Sequence record: MT119360.1 | Reading direction: 5' to 3' (one strand) | DNA length: 64,000 bases | From: Enterococcus phage nattely | Shown here: piece by piece, positions 28,145 to 37,216 of the stretch | Layout of the letters: the number at the start of each line of letters is the position of its first letter | How positions within the stretch are numbered: the stretch's first letter is position 1 | The notes under the pieces: generated by a model | Databases searched by the model: none | Seen by the model: the letters and a program-made list of their open reading frames with translations, nothing else | What the model was told of the DNA's origin: nothing | Translations under genes and position numbers: made by a program

Positions 28145-30073
28145 ATGGCTGATAAAATTAAAAAATTAGATGATCGCGCACAAGCTAGGGAAAAACTGAG
28201 CATATGGTATGGCTCACGTGATAATTTTTATCACGGTGTAAAGGAGCTTATTGCAAACGCTGCAGATGAACTTAGAAATCACTCTAGTGAACCTGGTAAA
28301 ATCGAAGTTACTTTATCCAATAATAATAAAAGAATTATGGTTAGTGATAATGGTAGAGGCATTCGTATTGGTGGCGAAACAGACGGTGAAAAAAATTATG
28401 ACTTATTATTCCGTACACTATTTGCAGGAACAAAATATGATGTTACCGAAAATGTGACAACCGGAACTAATGGAGTTGGAACAACCGTATTAAATTATAC
28501 TTCAAAATTATTTGCTGTTATGTCACATTATGATAACAAAGTTCATAAAGTACGTTTCATTAATGGTGGAGAACTAGATGGTGAATATATGGAAAAAGAT
28601 ATGAGTGAAATTGAAAATGCTCACGGTTCAACTTTTGTTGTTGAACTTGACGAAACAATTTACACACATACTCAATTTGACCCTAATCATATCAAAGAAA
28701 TTGTCAAACATTTTGCTGTGGCTTCACCAGGTATCGAATATCGTTTTGTTCATGATGAAACAGTTACAAAATTTAAATATGAAGGTATTCGCGATCGTTT
28801 TGATGAATTAATTGGAACAACTACAACGTCAGGTATTTTCACACTGGGCGAAGTAGAAAATACTAGTGAGGTTCCACAAATTGACGGGGAGGTAGTAGTT
28901 GAAAAAAACAAATATAATATTGTATTAACAACCTCACCGGACACGCATCAAGAATCATATTTGAATATGACATGGTTAGAAGAAGGTGGCGCAATTAATG
29001 ACGGGGTTTTAGATGGTGTTCGTTTATATATGAATAAATATTGTCGAGCTAAAAAATTATTCCCTAAAAAAGTGACTGCTTTTAATAAAGAAGACATTGA
29101 AAATTCACTATCGTTTATCACTGTGGTTGAATCAAACATTGTTGAATTTAGTAACCAAACAAAATTAAGTACAAATAAGAAAAAATATAAAGATGAAGTA
29201 AAAGTATATATTGAAAATTTATTAACAGCAATGGAAGCACAACAGCCGAAAGAATTCAATAAATTTGTTGATCATTTGTTAACTGTCCAAAAGGCAAATG
29301 GCGCAAACGATCGTGCTCGTCAAAAATTGAAAAAACAATTGACGGAAAAAGTGACTGGAATTGGCAATAAGATTGAAAAATTAATTGATTGTGAAATTCA
29401 TGGATTAGATGCGGAACTATTTTTAACAGAAGGTGATTCAGCGAATGGATCGATTGTTGATAGTCGGGATGATCATTTTCAAGCTGCATTTCCATTGCGT
29501 GGCAAAGTGTTAAATGTTTTACGCGCTTCACCTGAAGATATTTTCAAAAATAAAGAAATTGTAAATATGATCAAAATTATTGGAACTGGAATTCAATTTG
29601 GTAAAAAAGATGATTTTGATATTGATAACTTACGTTTTGGAAAAATTATTATTACAACAGACGCAGATGCAGATGGTGGACATATTATGTCACTATTAGT
29701 TGCATTTATTTATCGGTTTATGAAACCATTATTGGAAAAAGGACATGTGTACGTTGCACAAACACCATTATATGAATTGAAATTTAGTGATGATTCAGTA
29801 GTTTACTTTTTAACTGAAGATGAAAAAAATAAAAATATTGGCAAATATGAAGGTCAAAAATATACTATTAATCGTCTAAAAGGATTAGGTGAAGTTGATG
29901 CTGAAACAATGGAAGCAACAACTATGAATCCAAAAACCCGTAATCTTATTCAATTAACAACAGAAAAAGCAGAAGATTTTCTAATGATTGATAAATGGAT
30001 GAACGATGATGTTGAACCCAGAAAAGAAATGATTAATAATCAACTTGCAAATTATGTTCACGACATTGATTAG
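28145..30073 (+). CDS. type II DNA topoisomerase ATPase/TOPRIM subunit (GyrB/ParE-like, T4 gp39-like)
   Basis: GHKL ATPase N-terminus; TOPRIM EGDSANGS and DADADGGHI motifs. Confidence 0.8.
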   Translation: MADKIKKLDDRAQAREKLSIWYGSRDNFYHGVKELIANAADELRNHSSEPGKIEVTLSNNNKRIMVSDNGRGIRIGGETDGEKNYDLLFRTLFAGTKYDVTENVTTGTNGVGTTVLNYTSKLFAVMSHYDNKVHKVRFINGGELDGEYMEKDMSEIENAHGSTFVVELDETIYTHTQFDPNHIKEIVKHFAVASPGIEYRFVHDETVTKFKYEGIRDRFDELIGTTTTSGIFTLGEVENTSEVPQIDGEVVVEKNKYNIVLTTSPDTHQESYLNMTWLEEGGAINDGVLDGVRLYMNKYCRAKKLFPKKVTAFNKEDIENSLSFITVVESNIVEFSNQTKLSTNKKKYKDEVKVYIENLLTAMEAQQPKEFNKFVDHLLTVQKANGANDRARQKLKKQLTEKVTGIGNKIEKLIDCEIHGLDAELFLTEGDSANGSIVDSRDDHFQAAFPLRGKVLNVLRASPEDIFKNKEIVNMIKIIGTGIQFGKKDDFDIDNLRFGKIIITTDADADGGHIMSLLVAFIYRFMKPLLEKGHVYVAQTPLYELKFSDDSVVYFLTEDEKNKNIGKYEGQKYTINRLKGLGEVDAETMEATTMNPKTRNLIQLTTEKAEDFLMIDKWMNDDVEPRKEMINNQLANYVHDID

Positions 30074-30157
30074 AATTTTGGGAAAAGTAGTTTACTTTTC
30101 CCCATTTTCTTGATATAATATAAACATAGATATTAATAGAAATGAGGAATATAAATT

Positions 30158-30370
30158 ATGTTGGACGTTTTAAATTATCAATCTAGATTAGCTATGATTA
30201 AACAACAAATGAATGCTAATATGGATATTATTATTTTTTTAAGTTGTAAACAAACATTGGAAAAAGAAGAAATTGATGAGCTACAAAGTAGATTAAAAGC
30301 ACATTATAGTTTGGCTCATAAATTTCAAGCTATTGTTGAAAAACGTATTAAAATGGAGGAAGATAAATGA
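30158..30370 (+). CDS. hypothetical protein inserted between the topoisomerase subunit genes
   Basis: ORF with its own promoter cassette at about 30090. Confidence 0.45.
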   Translation: MLDVLNYQSRLAMIKQQMNANMDIIIFLSCKQTLEKEEIDELQSRLKAHYSLAHKFQAIVEKRIKMEEDK

Positions 30371-32355
30371 TTAATAAAGTTGGTTTAGGCGAACAATTAA
30401 ACGATGCAATGATGGGAATGAGTGCATACACTATTTTACAACGTGCAATCCCTGATTTTCGTGATGGTTTTAAACCAGTAAATAGACGTATTATTACATC
30501 AATGCTTTTAAATAAGACTTTTAATTTCACCAAAAGTGCAACAGTTGAAGGCCGCGTAATGCAATTGCATCCACATGGAGGATCATATGGTTCAATCGTT
30601 GGATTAGTTCAAAAAGATCGAAATAGTCTTCCATTTTTAACTGGAAAAGGAAGTTGGGGTCAATATACATCAAGTGACCAACAACCAGCTGCTGCTCGAT
30701 ACACTGAAGTAAAATTAGGTAAAAACGCACTTGAAGTAACAAAAGAGTTAAAAGAAAAAAGTGTTGATTATGTACCAAATTATGATGGCACAATTAATGT
30801 CCCCGAAGTTTTACCTGTGACATATCCATCAATTTTAACTCAATCACAAAGTGGTATCGCAAATGGTTTTGCAACTTCTATTTTATCATATAATATTCAT
30901 GAATTATATGATATGATTGATGATATTTTAATGTTACGTGGAAGGACAAAACCAATTTATCCAGATTTTCCAACAGGTGCAACGATCATAAAAGATGATG
31001 AGGAAGCACTTAATGTAATTAGAACTGGGCGTGGTTCATTTACAATGAGAGCAAAAATTGAAATTGATAATAATAAATTAATTGTAACTGAAATTCCTTA
31101 TGGTGTAAAACGTGAACAAATCATTAAAAAAATTATTGAGTTGAATAAACGTGGAACACTAAAAGAAGTTACAGATGTTCGTGATGGTACGTCATTTAAA
31201 GGTATGAAAATTGTAATTACAGCTAAGAAAAATACAGATATGAAAGAATTAATTGTAAAACTGTATAAGCTTACTCCACTTCAAGCGAAAGTTAGTGCTA
31301 ATATGAACGTATTAATTGATGGTAGATTAGAAGTTTTAGGAGTAGAAGAATTATTATTAAATTGGATTAAATGGCGTGTATCTGTAATTAAACGTGGATT
31401 AAATAATAAATTAACAAACATGAAAAAAGATTTACACATTTTAGAAGGTTTGCGTAAAATTGCTTCAGTTGATGAAGTTATTCGTATCGTTCGTTTCGAA
31501 GATGATGATAAAGTTGATCAATTGTTAATGGAAGCATTTAATTTAACAGAAGAACAAGCAGAATATATCGGTAAAATGACATTACGCTCATTAAATGAAA
31601 AACGTATCCAAAATAGATTAAAAGATATTGAAGATTTGGAAAGTAGAATTAAAGATTTAGAAGAAACAATTGATAATGATGGATTATTAAAAGTTATTTT
31701 GCAACGTCGTATGATGGAAACAATGAAAGAAATTGATGCTCCAAAACGTAAAACTGAAATTATCACAATTGATGAAGAAAAAGAAAAAGAAGTTCATAAG
31801 ATTGTAAAAGTAAAAGAAGTAGATAATGCTAAATATTTTGTGTGCTTCACCAAAAATGGATGGTTATTAAAAGGTAAAAATAAAAATGATATGGAATCAC
31901 AATTAATTTTAGGTGATGAAATTGTTCAATATTGGGAAGTACAAAATGATAAAAATATTGTTCTATTTATGAAAGATAAATCAGTTAGAAACATTAAAGT
32001 AAAACAAATTAAAGATAAAGAATTTGTTGGAAATGATGCTTTATTTGCTGAATGTAATGTTGATGAAAGTGCATTAGTTTTATTAGTCTTTGATGAAGGA
32101 CATATCGTAAAAATTCCAATTGATGCATTTGTGAAAAATCGTCAAATTATGGAAAAAGGATATTTTGATGGTGAAAACTTAATTTACGTAAAACAATTAA
32201 ATGGTGAAAAATTAATCAATATTTTCATTGGTGATAAACAAAAACCAAAAACAATTGAAGTTGAAACTATCAATATTAAAAAGAACCGTTTAGCGCGTGG
32301 TCAAAAACTATTTAATAATAAAAAATTAGAAAAAGTGAATGTCACTCTGGGTTAA
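30367..32355 (+). CDS. type II DNA topoisomerase DNA-cleavage subunit (GyrA/ParC-like)
   Basis: RDGFKPVNRRII (GyrA DGLKPVHRRIL); catalytic tyrosine context AARYTEVKL. Confidence 0.8.
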   Translation: MINKVGLGEQLNDAMMGMSAYTILQRAIPDFRDGFKPVNRRIITSMLLNKTFNFTKSATVEGRVMQLHPHGGSYGSIVGLVQKDRNSLPFLTGKGSWGQYTSSDQQPAAARYTEVKLGKNALEVTKELKEKSVDYVPNYDGTINVPEVLPVTYPSILTQSQSGIANGFATSILSYNIHELYDMIDDILMLRGRTKPIYPDFPTGATIIKDDEEALNVIRTGRGSFTMRAKIEIDNNKLIVTEIPYGVKREQIIKKIIELNKRGTLKEVTDVRDGTSFKGMKIVITAKKNTDMKELIVKLYKLTPLQAKVSANMNVLIDGRLEVLGVEELLLNWIKWRVSVIKRGLNNKLTNMKKDLHILEGLRKIASVDEVIRIVRFEDDDKVDQLLMEAFNLTEEQAEYIGKMTLRSLNEKRIQNRLKDIEDLESRIKDLEETIDNDGLLKVILQRRMMETMKEIDAPKRKTEIITIDEEKEKEVHKIVKVKEVDNAKYFVCFTKNGWLLKGKNKNDMESQLILGDEIVQYWEVQNDKNIVLFMKDKSVRNIKVKQIKDKEFVGNDALFAECNVDESALVLLVFDEGHIVKIPIDAFVKNRQIMEKGYFDGENLIYVKQLNGEKLINIFIGDKQKPKTIEVETINIKKNRLARGQKLFNNKKLEKVNVTLG

Positions 32356-32462
32356 CCAGGGTGCTCGTTCATTTTATAGTAATATAATTAATTGAATGAA
32401 TTAATTAAGCATCATGTATAATTGTTAAAATTGACAACATTATGATATAATTATTATAAGAA

Positions 32463-32479
32463 GATGATCAATGATCATC
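32463..32479 (+). promoter_or_regulatory. perfect palindrome GATGATCA-A-TGATCATC between promoter and RBS (candidate operator)
   Basis: 8-bp arms, seen directly in the sequence. Confidence 0.3.
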
Positions 32480-32506
32480 AAAAAGGAAGAATGGAGATAG
32501 ATATTT

Positions 32507-32667
32507 ATGGATAAAAATATCGAACCAAAAAGAGAAGTATTAGAAAATGGCGACATCAAAGTAAATGTTGGTGATAATCAAATTTTAGTTACTCATGTTT
32601 CCGATGAAATTCCTGTTGATCAAATTGTGACAACTCAAACGACTAAAAATCATAATAGTGTTAATTA
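32507..32667 (+). CDS. small hypothetical protein
   Basis: ATG with AGGAAGAATGGAG RBS; 53 aa. Confidence 0.35.
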
Positions 32668-32733
32668 GAAGAAAAATAGTGTATAATAATAATATAGCCT
32701 TTGGGCTAACAAATATATTTGGAGAGTGATATC

Positions 32734-32922
32734 ATGGTTCAAGTAGCAAAAGTAGCATATACTGGTGAAGAACAAGATTTACCATTAGATGTAACGGAGA
32801 AAAATTTATTCGCCGGCGCTGTAACAAAATCAACAGTTAAAGAAGCTATTGATGAAGCAGCAGCTTTGGATAAAAAAGAATTACACCCAACGACAACAAC
32901 TACGACGACAGTTGGTGGTTAA
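32734..32922 (+). CDS. small protein ending in poly-Thr-VGG (same tail motif as the tail tube and capsid extension)
   Basis: ...KKELHPTTTTTTTVGG stop; GGAGAG RBS before ATG 32734 (track starts at TTG 32719); followed by the terminator ggaccgaagtcc plus T-run at about 32930. Confidence 0.55.
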   Translation: MVQVAKVAYTGEEQDLPLDVTEKNLFAGAVTKSTVKEAIDEAAALDKKELHPTTTTTTTVGG

Positions 32923-33076
32923 TTTAAAAGATAGGACTTCGGTCCTATTTTTTTTACATTAATATTACTAAAATTACATTGGTGAAATACTGTTTACTTC
33001 TATTAGTTAACATGATATAATATACCTATAATCAATTAATGATTATAAAAAAATATAGAAAAGAGAGTGAATTATT

Positions 33077-33784
33077 TTGCTAAAAGGAACTATCACGAAA
33101 GGTACAATTTTATTATTAGCTACTGTTGGTTTATCCGGATTCGCATACCAATCGAACCAGGAGAATATTAAAGAACAACAGGAGAAGCAGCAAAAACTTG
33201 AAAAGGAATTCTTCGAATATCAGGCAAAACAAGATAAGAAAATGATCATTCGCAATCAAAAGCAAAAAGCTCAATTGGCGAAAATGTCTGTTGATTTTAA
33301 AAAGAAAATTGCAGAAGAAAAGAAAAAAATTGCCGAACAAAAACAAGCAGAATACGAAGCGACTTTAACTAGACAAGCTGAAGAAAAGCGGAAACAAGAA
33401 GAAGAATTTGCGGCTTGGCAAGCAGAAATTGCTCATCAAGAAAAAATTAAAAAAGAACAAGAAGCAGCAGCTCAAGCAGCTCAAATTGCACAACAAGAAC
33501 AACAAGTTCAACAACAGGTTCAACAAACACAAATTCAGCAACAACAAGAACAAGCTCCTGCACAATCGAGTGATGCAAAAAGTCAAATTGCTATGATTGA
33601 AAGCACGAATAATTACAATGCGACTAATGGAAAATATATTGGTAAATATCAACTAGATGCAGCGTATTTAAATGGAGATCATTCTCCGGCAAATCAAGAA
33701 GCGACAGCAGACCGTTACGTGGCGGAACGTTATGGATCATGGGAAGCAGCCCTGGCATTCCATCAAGCAAATGGTTGGTACTAA
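33077..33784 (+). CDS. secreted or membrane-anchored IsaA/SceD-like transglycosylase-domain protein with Q/E/K-rich coiled-coil spacer
   Basis: TTG start; N-terminal signal/TM GTILLLATVGLSGFA; C-terminal NYNATNGKYIGKYQLDAAYLNG...GSWEAALAFHQANGWY matches the transglycosylase-like GKYQF...W...GW motif. Confidence 0.55.
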   Translation: MLKGTITKGTILLLATVGLSGFAYQSNQENIKEQQEKQQKLEKEFFEYQAKQDKKMIIRNQKQKAQLAKMSVDFKKKIAEEKKKIAEQKQAEYEATLTRQAEEKRKQEEEFAAWQAEIAHQEKIKKEQEAAAQAAQIAQQEQQVQQQVQQTQIQQQQEQAPAQSSDAKSQIAMIESTNNYNATNGKYIGKYQLDAAYLNGDHSPANQEATADRYVAERYGSWEAALAFHQANGWY

Positions 33785-33912
33785 ATAAAAAATAAATTTT
33801 ATTTAAAATAATTGTACTTTGTGAGCAAAAACTGTTTACAGAGTACAATTTCTAATGTATAATAAATATATAATAAATAAACAAATAAAAAATAAAGAAA
33901 AGAGGAAATGAA

Positions 33913-34131
33913 ATGATTGAAACAACTCTATTTATGACAGGTAAAGAAAATGAAGAACAGTTAGCAGATTTTAACAAAAAGAGAGCGTTAGCATTGAACT
34001 TAATGGGATATGTTATTATTAAAACACCGGAGTTCAACAAAATGCTTATCAGAAAAGGTTTAGAATTAACATCGGATAAAATGATTGAGTTTATAAATGA
34101 ATATAAATTAGACTTAATTGAAGTAGCTTAA
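33913..34131 (+). CDS. hypothetical protein
   Basis: ORF after the promoter cassette at about 33830. Confidence 0.45.
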   Translation: MIETTLFMTGKENEEQLADFNKKRALALNLMGYVIIKTPEFNKMLIRKGLELTSDKMIEFINEYKLDLIEVA

Positions 34132-34199
34132 AATAAAAAAATGTACACCTATATAAAAATATAGGTGTACATAAATAAAAATGAAAAGAGGAAAATAAG

Positions 34200-34610
34200 A
34201 TGGAATACACAATAAAAGACATTAAAGAAGGCATGAAATTAATTTGTACAAATGACGGTGATTGGACATTTTGGACGAAAGATAAAATATATGTTGTTAA
34301 AAAGACAGATAGTGGAACATTATATATTAAAAATGATGATGGTAAAATGCGTTTCGTAACTAATATAGTAACATATTTAAATAATAAAGGTGATAGACGC
34401 GTAGTTAGTTTAGAAGTTATGGACACAGAAGAAAATAAAATTATAAATAAAGAAGAAGAAAACATTAAAAAATTAGAAGTTAAATGTTTTACAAGTTTAG
34501 AAAATTTAAATGATTTTTTAGATTCTTTAAAACCAGGTGAAAAAATTATTTCACATGCTATAGGGCAATTTAATTTTCATTATATTATTTATGAAAAAAT
34601 AGTTGGTTAA
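34200..34610 (+). CDS. hypothetical protein
   Basis: ORF with AAGAGGAA RBS. Confidence 0.5.
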   Translation: MEYTIKDIKEGMKLICTNDGDWTFWTKDKIYVVKKTDSGTLYIKNDDGKMRFVTNIVTYLNNKGDRRVVSLEVMDTEENKIINKEEENIKKLEVKCFTSLENLNDFLDSLKPGEKIISHAIGQFNFHYIIYEKIVG

Positions 34611-34693
34611 AATAAAAAAAAACTATTTACAATATCTTTATTATATGATATAATTATTTATGTAAAACAAATAATAAATCGGAGGAATTTAAA

Positions 34694-34906
34694 ATGACAT
34701 TAGAAAAATTATTAGAAGTAATGGAATATGGTAAAAGAGTAATGATCACTATTGGAGAAACAGGTGCCACTTCAGCTTGGATGCATAATGAACGTTCAAA
34801 AATGATTTTAAACTATAAAGAAAATAAAGACCGTAATGTATTATCATTTACACCGTCTACAAACGGTATTGAAATTGTTTTAGAAGGTGATAAAGATGAA
34901 AATTAA
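34694..34906 (+). CDS. hypothetical protein
   Basis: ORF with GGAGGAA RBS. Confidence 0.45.
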   Translation: MTLEKLLEVMEYGKRVMITIGETGATSAWMHNERSKMILNYKENKDRNVLSFTPSTNGIEIVLEGDKDEN

Positions 34907-35300
34907 TAAATATTTCTTAAGTAGTGATAACCCAGCAGAATATGCTGATGAATTACGTTCATTAAATAAGACAATGAAAGACGTAAGATTTGAAGATAAC
35001 TTCAATTACCGTCATCCTTATGTTTTAATTGAAGTTAAAGATGACAAAAAGAAAAAGAATAATAATAAAAAAATTAAATATTTTGTTATTCTTCCAGGAC
35101 TTCCTAATTCTAAAAAATATTTAATTAAAGATCAATCTTCAGGCAATATCGAATTCGGCTCTAAAAATGGTATTATGGAAAATTTAAATAAAGGCCAAGT
35201 TCTTTTCACAATTGATGAAATTAATTTAATCGATCCATTATATTTAAACTTTAGAAAAATTGCATTTAATTTTAAAGGAGAAGAAATTGATTATGACTAA
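34887..35300 (+). CDS. hypothetical protein
   Basis: coupled ORF. Confidence 0.45.
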   Translation: MIKMKINKYFLSSDNPAEYADELRSLNKTMKDVRFEDNFNYRHPYVLIEVKDDKKKKNNNKKIKYFVILPGLPNSKKYLIKDQSSGNIEFGSKNGIMENLNKGQVLFTIDEINLIDPLYLNFRKIAFNFKGEEIDYD

Positions 35301-35499
35301 AAAAGATAAGTTAGAAAACACTATAATGATGTGTATTGATTTGGATACGGGGCAATATTTTAAAAGAGAAAATACAGAAATTAAAACTGGTGTTGTTGAA
35401 GATCTTATTATTGATTTAGAAAAAATGACTAGTCAAATGATCGATTTATGTAGACAATTGTGTGAAGAAGAGGAGCTAAAAAATGAAGGATTGGATTAA
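35293..35499 (+). CDS. hypothetical protein
   Basis: ATG at 35293 with AAAGGAGAAG RBS, preferred over track start 35260. Confidence 0.4.
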   Translation: MTKKDKLENTIMMCIDLDTGQYFKRENTEIKTGVVEDLIIDLEKMTSQMIDLCRQLCEEEELKNEGLD

Positions 35500-35719
35500 A
35501 GCTATATTTTTAGGAGTATTTCAAGTTATGTTATTTATAATTGTGCCAACAATATTCCTAGGATTAATGGCAGGTTTTATGTATTTATTTATTATTTATG
35601 CCCTTATTCCAATTAAAGAATATATGCCCACAATTCTATTGTCCATTTTATCAATAGCTGTTTTCATTATTGTTCTATTATCTGTAGTTGATGCACATGA
35701 TAGAATGAAAAATAACTAA
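35483..35719 (+). CDS. small membrane protein (two TM helices)
   Basis: hydrophobic helices IFLGVFQVMLFIIVPTIFLGLMAGFMYLFIIYALI and ILLSILSIAVFIIVLLSV. Confidence 0.5.
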   Translation: MKDWIKAIFLGVFQVMLFIIVPTIFLGLMAGFMYLFIIYALIPIKEYMPTILLSILSIAVFIIVLLSVVDAHDRMKNN

Positions 35720-35918
35720 AAAATAATAAAAAAATGAGCATTTACTGTTTACAAATGCTCATTTTTGGTTTATAATATATTTATAGTTAATTAATAAATA
35801 TTCTTCCATAAAGAAAAAAACTTTTAAAAATATTTTAAAAAACTATTTACAAATTACAAGTAATAATGTATAATAAATATATAATAAATAAACAAATAAA
35901 AGAAAAGAGGAAATTAAA

Positions 35919-36128
35919 ATGACTAAACAAACTATGGAAAACAAAATCAATGAATTAAGAAAAGAAGCTGGATTAATGTACGGTGACTTAGATAAAGCAT
36001 TAGCTGAAGGAAACTATGATTTATATGAAGAACTTGGTGATATTATGAGCGCTAAATATGAAGAAGCTCGTCAATTGATTATTGAATTTAACGAAACATT
36101 TGGAGAAACTCCAAACTTACTTTTCTAA
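35919..36128 (+). CDS. hypothetical protein
   Basis: ORF after tandem promoter cassettes at 35745 and 35845. Confidence 0.5.
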   Translation: MTKQTMENKINELRKEAGLMYGDLDKALAEGNYDLYEELGDIMSAKYEEARQLIIEFNETFGETPNLLF

Positions 36129-36160
36129 TAAAAAATATAAAATGAAATGAGGAATATAAA

Positions 36161-36367
36161 ATGCAAGAAAATTACAAATACGCAGTGAACATCTTAAATG
36201 CAAAACACGAAAGTGATAGAGAATGGTTACAAAAATTATTTGATGAATCAATTCCTAAAACAAAAACTATTTTTGAATTTGATACAGAAGAAGAAGCTGA
36301 TGAGTTTGAAAAGAAATTAAATAAAGATGGACATAAAACTTTTAGAAATAGAATCATTCATTTTTAA
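36161..36367 (+). CDS. hypothetical protein
   Basis: ORF with GAGGAA RBS. Confidence 0.45.
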   Translation: MQENYKYAVNILNAKHESDREWLQKLFDESIPKTKTIFEFDTEEEADEFEKKLNKDGHKTFRNRIIHF

Positions 36368-36372
36368 AAATA

Positions 36373-36415
36373 TTTACAAAATGTTCTCACTATGATATAA
36401 TATTATCATAGTGAG
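36373..36415 (+). promoter_or_regulatory. sigma-A promoter with the -10 box between a 10-bp inverted repeat (candidate operator)
   Basis: TTTACA 36373-36378, TATAAT 36396-36401; IR ctcactatga 36386-36395 / tcatagtgag 36406-36415. Confidence 0.5.
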
Positions 36416-36450
36416 ATATAAATAAAAAAAAAAGAAAAGAGGAACATATA

Positions 36451-36612
36451 ATGAATAAATTAATTTTAGTAGTGGGATTATTAGTAGCTTGGTTTTTTGT
36501 AGTAACAAACGTTACATTATCTTCTCAATTTTTACAAACGCTTATGGTTGGAACTTTAACAGTTTTTATTGGTATTTTAGAAATTGGAGTTTTAGTTGGA
36601 GGTAAAAAATAA
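36451..36612 (+). CDS. small membrane protein
   Basis: 53 aa, two hydrophobic helices; AAGAGGAA RBS; below the ORF-track cutoff. Confidence 0.4.
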   Translation: MNKLILVVGLLVAWFFVVTNVTLSSQFLQTLMVGTLTVFIGILEIGVLVGGKK

Positions 36613-37172
36613 TGGAAAAATTTACATGTTTTAATTATAATCCTACTAAAGCCCGAATTGGTGATTGTGTATTAAGAGCTATTACCGCGTTTGAATATGT
36701 TGAAAGAAAATTAAAAAATGTTGAACAAATTTCTAGTGAAGAATTATATGAAAAAGTGAAATTAGGAATTACAAGTTATGGAGATTATACATTACAACGT
36801 TATTTTGAAAAATATTTGAGTGAACATGGTTATGTTAGAGTAGAAGCATTTAATTATATTGATAATATTAGAATAAGAACAGAAAATCAGTTAGCTATGT
36901 TTTGTAAAAATTTTAATGTTATGGCTTTAGCACTTTCAAATACGCATATGGCTTATGTCGACCCGATTTTAGGAGTTGTCGATACATGGGATAGCAGAAG
37001 AAAAAGATTGGAATATTTTTATATAAAAGAGGAAGATGTTGAAAGATTAGAATTAAAATTAACGGAAGATGTAGATGGAAATACTAATATTAAACGTGTA
37101 AGTACAAAAGAAAATACTATTGGTTATAATAAGATTAATGGTAAATCTCCAATACAAATGGGATTAAAATAA
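36612..37172 (+). CDS. hypothetical protein
   Basis: last plus-strand ORF before the convergent terminator. Confidence 0.5.
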   Translation: MEKFTCFNYNPTKARIGDCVLRAITAFEYVERKLKNVEQISSEELYEKVKLGITSYGDYTLQRYFEKYLSEHGYVRVEAFNYIDNIRIRTENQLAMFCKNFNVMALALSNTHMAYVDPILGVVDTWDSRRKRLEYFYIKEEDVERLELKLTEDVDGNTNIKRVSTKENTIGYNKINGKSPIQMGLK

Positions 37173-37216
37173 AAAAAATAGGAGCCAATCGGTTAAGATT
37201 GACTCCTATTTTTATT
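37171..37216. terminator. bidirectional rho-independent terminator between the convergent early and late blocks
   Basis: aggagccaatcggttaagattgactcct hairpin flanked by an A-run upstream and a T-run downstream. Confidence 0.65.

Noticed and set aside
33131-33652. Minus-strand and alternate-frame ORFs across the Q/E/K-rich repeat region
   Set aside because: They are low-complexity translations of the AAG/CAA-rich coding repeats of the 33077-33784 gene.
760-36450. Highly repeated ~60-bp intergenic elements that could be mistaken for a CRISPR array or a dispersed repeat family
   Set aside because: They are irregularly spaced, each precedes a gene, and each resolves into TTTACA-17-TATAAT promoters with terminator hairpins. 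They are promoter cassettes, not CRISPR repeats.
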